Source: Mobula hypostoma (taxonomy: Eukaryota). Taken from it: a stretch of DNA of 64,000 bases. The DNA lies in contig NC_086097.1 in assembly GCF_963921235.1 (NCBI RefSeq), positions 237,772,001 through 237,836,000 of the forward strand. The letters run 5' to 3'. The translations under genes and the position numbers were made by a program. The notes under the pieces were generated by a model. That model saw nothing but the letters and a program-made list of their open reading frames with translations, made no database searches and had not been told where the DNA came from. Below are positions 62,150 through 64,000 of the stretch, one piece after another (positions within the stretch are counted from its first letter, which is position 1; each line of letters opens with the position of its first letter).

Positions 62150-63790
62150 CTTTACAGTAAATTATTAAATTGTGGGAATGTAATTAAGGGAGCATTAGGC
62201 AGGAGTTAGGGAGAGTTCATTGGGAAATGTTGTTTTTGGGTAAGTTCACATCTGACATGTGGAGGTTATTTAAAGACCAATTGCACAGAATACAGGTCAG
62301 GTATATTCTCATAACAGGGGGTGACAAGAATGGCAAGGTGAGGAATCCTTGGATGATGACAGCAGTTGTGAATTTAGTCAAGAAGAAAAAGGAAGCAAAT
62401 ATAAAATTAAGGAAAATACAATTGAATAGGACTCTTAAGGAATATAAAGAATTCCAAAAGGAAATCAAGAAGAGAAAGCCAGGAGAAGCTGTGTTACGAT
62501 CTTGTCCAGTAGGGATAAAGAGGATCCCAAGGCATTCTATACACATATTAGAGCAGGGAGAGTGTAGGACCACCCAAGAATAAAGGAGGGAGAGTGTGCT
62601 TGGAGATAGTGGACCCTAAATAATTGACATTCACCAATGAAACAGACACATCGGATAATGATTCAGCAAGGGCATTTTGCAATAAAGAAAAATGTTTAGG
62701 GTCTCATGAAGAAAATGGGCCTGATGGGATATACCCCAGGTTATTAAGAGAGGCACAAGGTGTGATTTCTGCGATGTTGACAAATATCTTTGTGTCCTCT
62801 CTTATCACAGGTAAGGTCCTGAAAGACTAGTAAGTAGCTAACGTTTATCTTTCTTTCAAGAAAGCAAAACAGAAAATATGAAGTCTAGGAAGCTAAAATT
62901 GATCAAGACTCTATAAAGAATCCCAATAACTAACTAAATTCCAATTCCTAACTAAAAGGAAAATTGATGAAGGAAAGTTGGTAGATGTTGTCCACATAGA
63001 CATTAGCAAGGTCTTTGACAAGGACCCGCATGGGAGATTGGTCAGTCAGTTGGCAATCAGGATGAGGTAATAAAATAAATGTGACATTGGCTGCACAGGA
63101 GAAGCCAGAGAGTGGTAGTGGATGGTTCGTTTTCTAACTTGGAGGCCTGTGCCTAGACGTGCGCCGGGCCACATGGATAGGTGCCGGGTCTGGTGTTGTT
63201 TGTCATCTATGTCAATGATCTGGATGATAATGTGATAAGTTGGATCAGCAAATTTGTGGATAACTCCAAGACTGGAGGTGTAATGGACACCTATGGTGGT
63301 GAGAGTATGGAAAGAGTTGCTGATGGAAGTGGTGGATGTGGATTCGATTTAAACATTTCAGAAAATTTGGATAGGTACATGGGTGGGAGAGGTATGGAGG
63401 GCTATGGTGTGGGTGCAAGTCAATGGGATTCATAGAACATAGAACATAGAATAGTACAGCGCAGTACAGGCCCTTCGGCCCACACGTTGTGCCGACCCTC
63501 AAACCCTGCCTCCCATATAAGCCCCCAACTTAAATTCCTCCATATACCTGTCCAATAGTCTCTTAAACTTCAGTAGAGTAATAGTTCAGCCCAGACTTAA
63601 TTAGCTGAAAGGCTTTATGTGCTGAGGTGTTCTATAACTAAAGGAAATAGGGATAATCCTAGAAATTATAGACAGGCAAATCTCAGGTCAGTGTTCAGGA
63701 AACGATTAGAGAGGATTTCTGAGCATTTGGAAAAGCCTGGCCTAATTAGGAACAGTCAGCCTGGCTTTGTGAGGGGCAGGTAATTTCTTC
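62150..63790 (+). mobile_element. CR1-type LINE fragments (old), with a young inverted CR1 tail at 63432-63573
   Basis: MWRLFK...NPWM, GPDGIYPRLLRE and NDLDD..SKFVD fragments. Confidence 0.75.
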
Positions 63791-63796
63791 ATTAAC

Positions 63797-64000
63797 GGAT
63801 AAACCTGATTCTGCCATGGGTCTCAATTGTGGAATGAGAGTAGGAATGGGGCCGGGAGAGGGTAATCATGGTCGGGAAAAGGGGAAAGGAGAGGAGAAGG
63901 AGTGGGAAGAACTAGAGATACATTCTGCAGTGATCAATAAACCAGCTGCTTGGAATCGAATGACGTCGCCTGGTGTCTCAGGGATGGGTGTATCTGCACC
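63797..64000 (-). mobile_element. Third copy of the composite Tc1-MITE body (runs off the window end)
   Basis: The reverse complement matches about 46910-47112 and 34741-34920. Confidence 0.7.

Overview
This is repeat-dense eukaryotic DNA, most likely from a cartilaginous fish and probably a ray. That assignment is inferred from HE1/V-SINE-like SINEs and the CR1, Rex1 and Penelope mix. I found no host protein-coding gene, rRNA, true tRNA gene or CRISPR array. The ORFs in the track that resemble known proteins are retroelement or transposase fragments. Most of the window is nested transposable elements: many CR1-type and Rex1/Babar-type LINE fragments, an RTE LINE with an 11-bp TSD, and several SINE families (tRNA-headed and RTE-derived bipartite). 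It also holds a full-length but disrupted DD34E Tc1 transposon with ~214-bp IR/DR TIRs (7079-8665), Tc1- and hAT-type MITEs, a probable solo LTR, and two distinct Penelope-like element (PLE) families. The strongest signal is a dispersed PLE pseudo-LTR carrying a minimal type I hammerhead ribozyme motif (CAGUC-CUGAnGA-A-stem II-GAAAC-GUH-GACUG). It occurs in several recognisable copies and is linked to a decayed RT + GIY-YIG ORF. Other notable items are composite Tc1 MITEs with an L...L'-R TIR layout carrying captured LINE sequence, a four-layer nested insertion, a ~60-bp insertion with inverted microsatellite tails, a structured 5' domain in the RTE-derived element, and two strong palindromes. 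Most boundaries were read by eye and are approximate unless a TSD or TIR is quoted.
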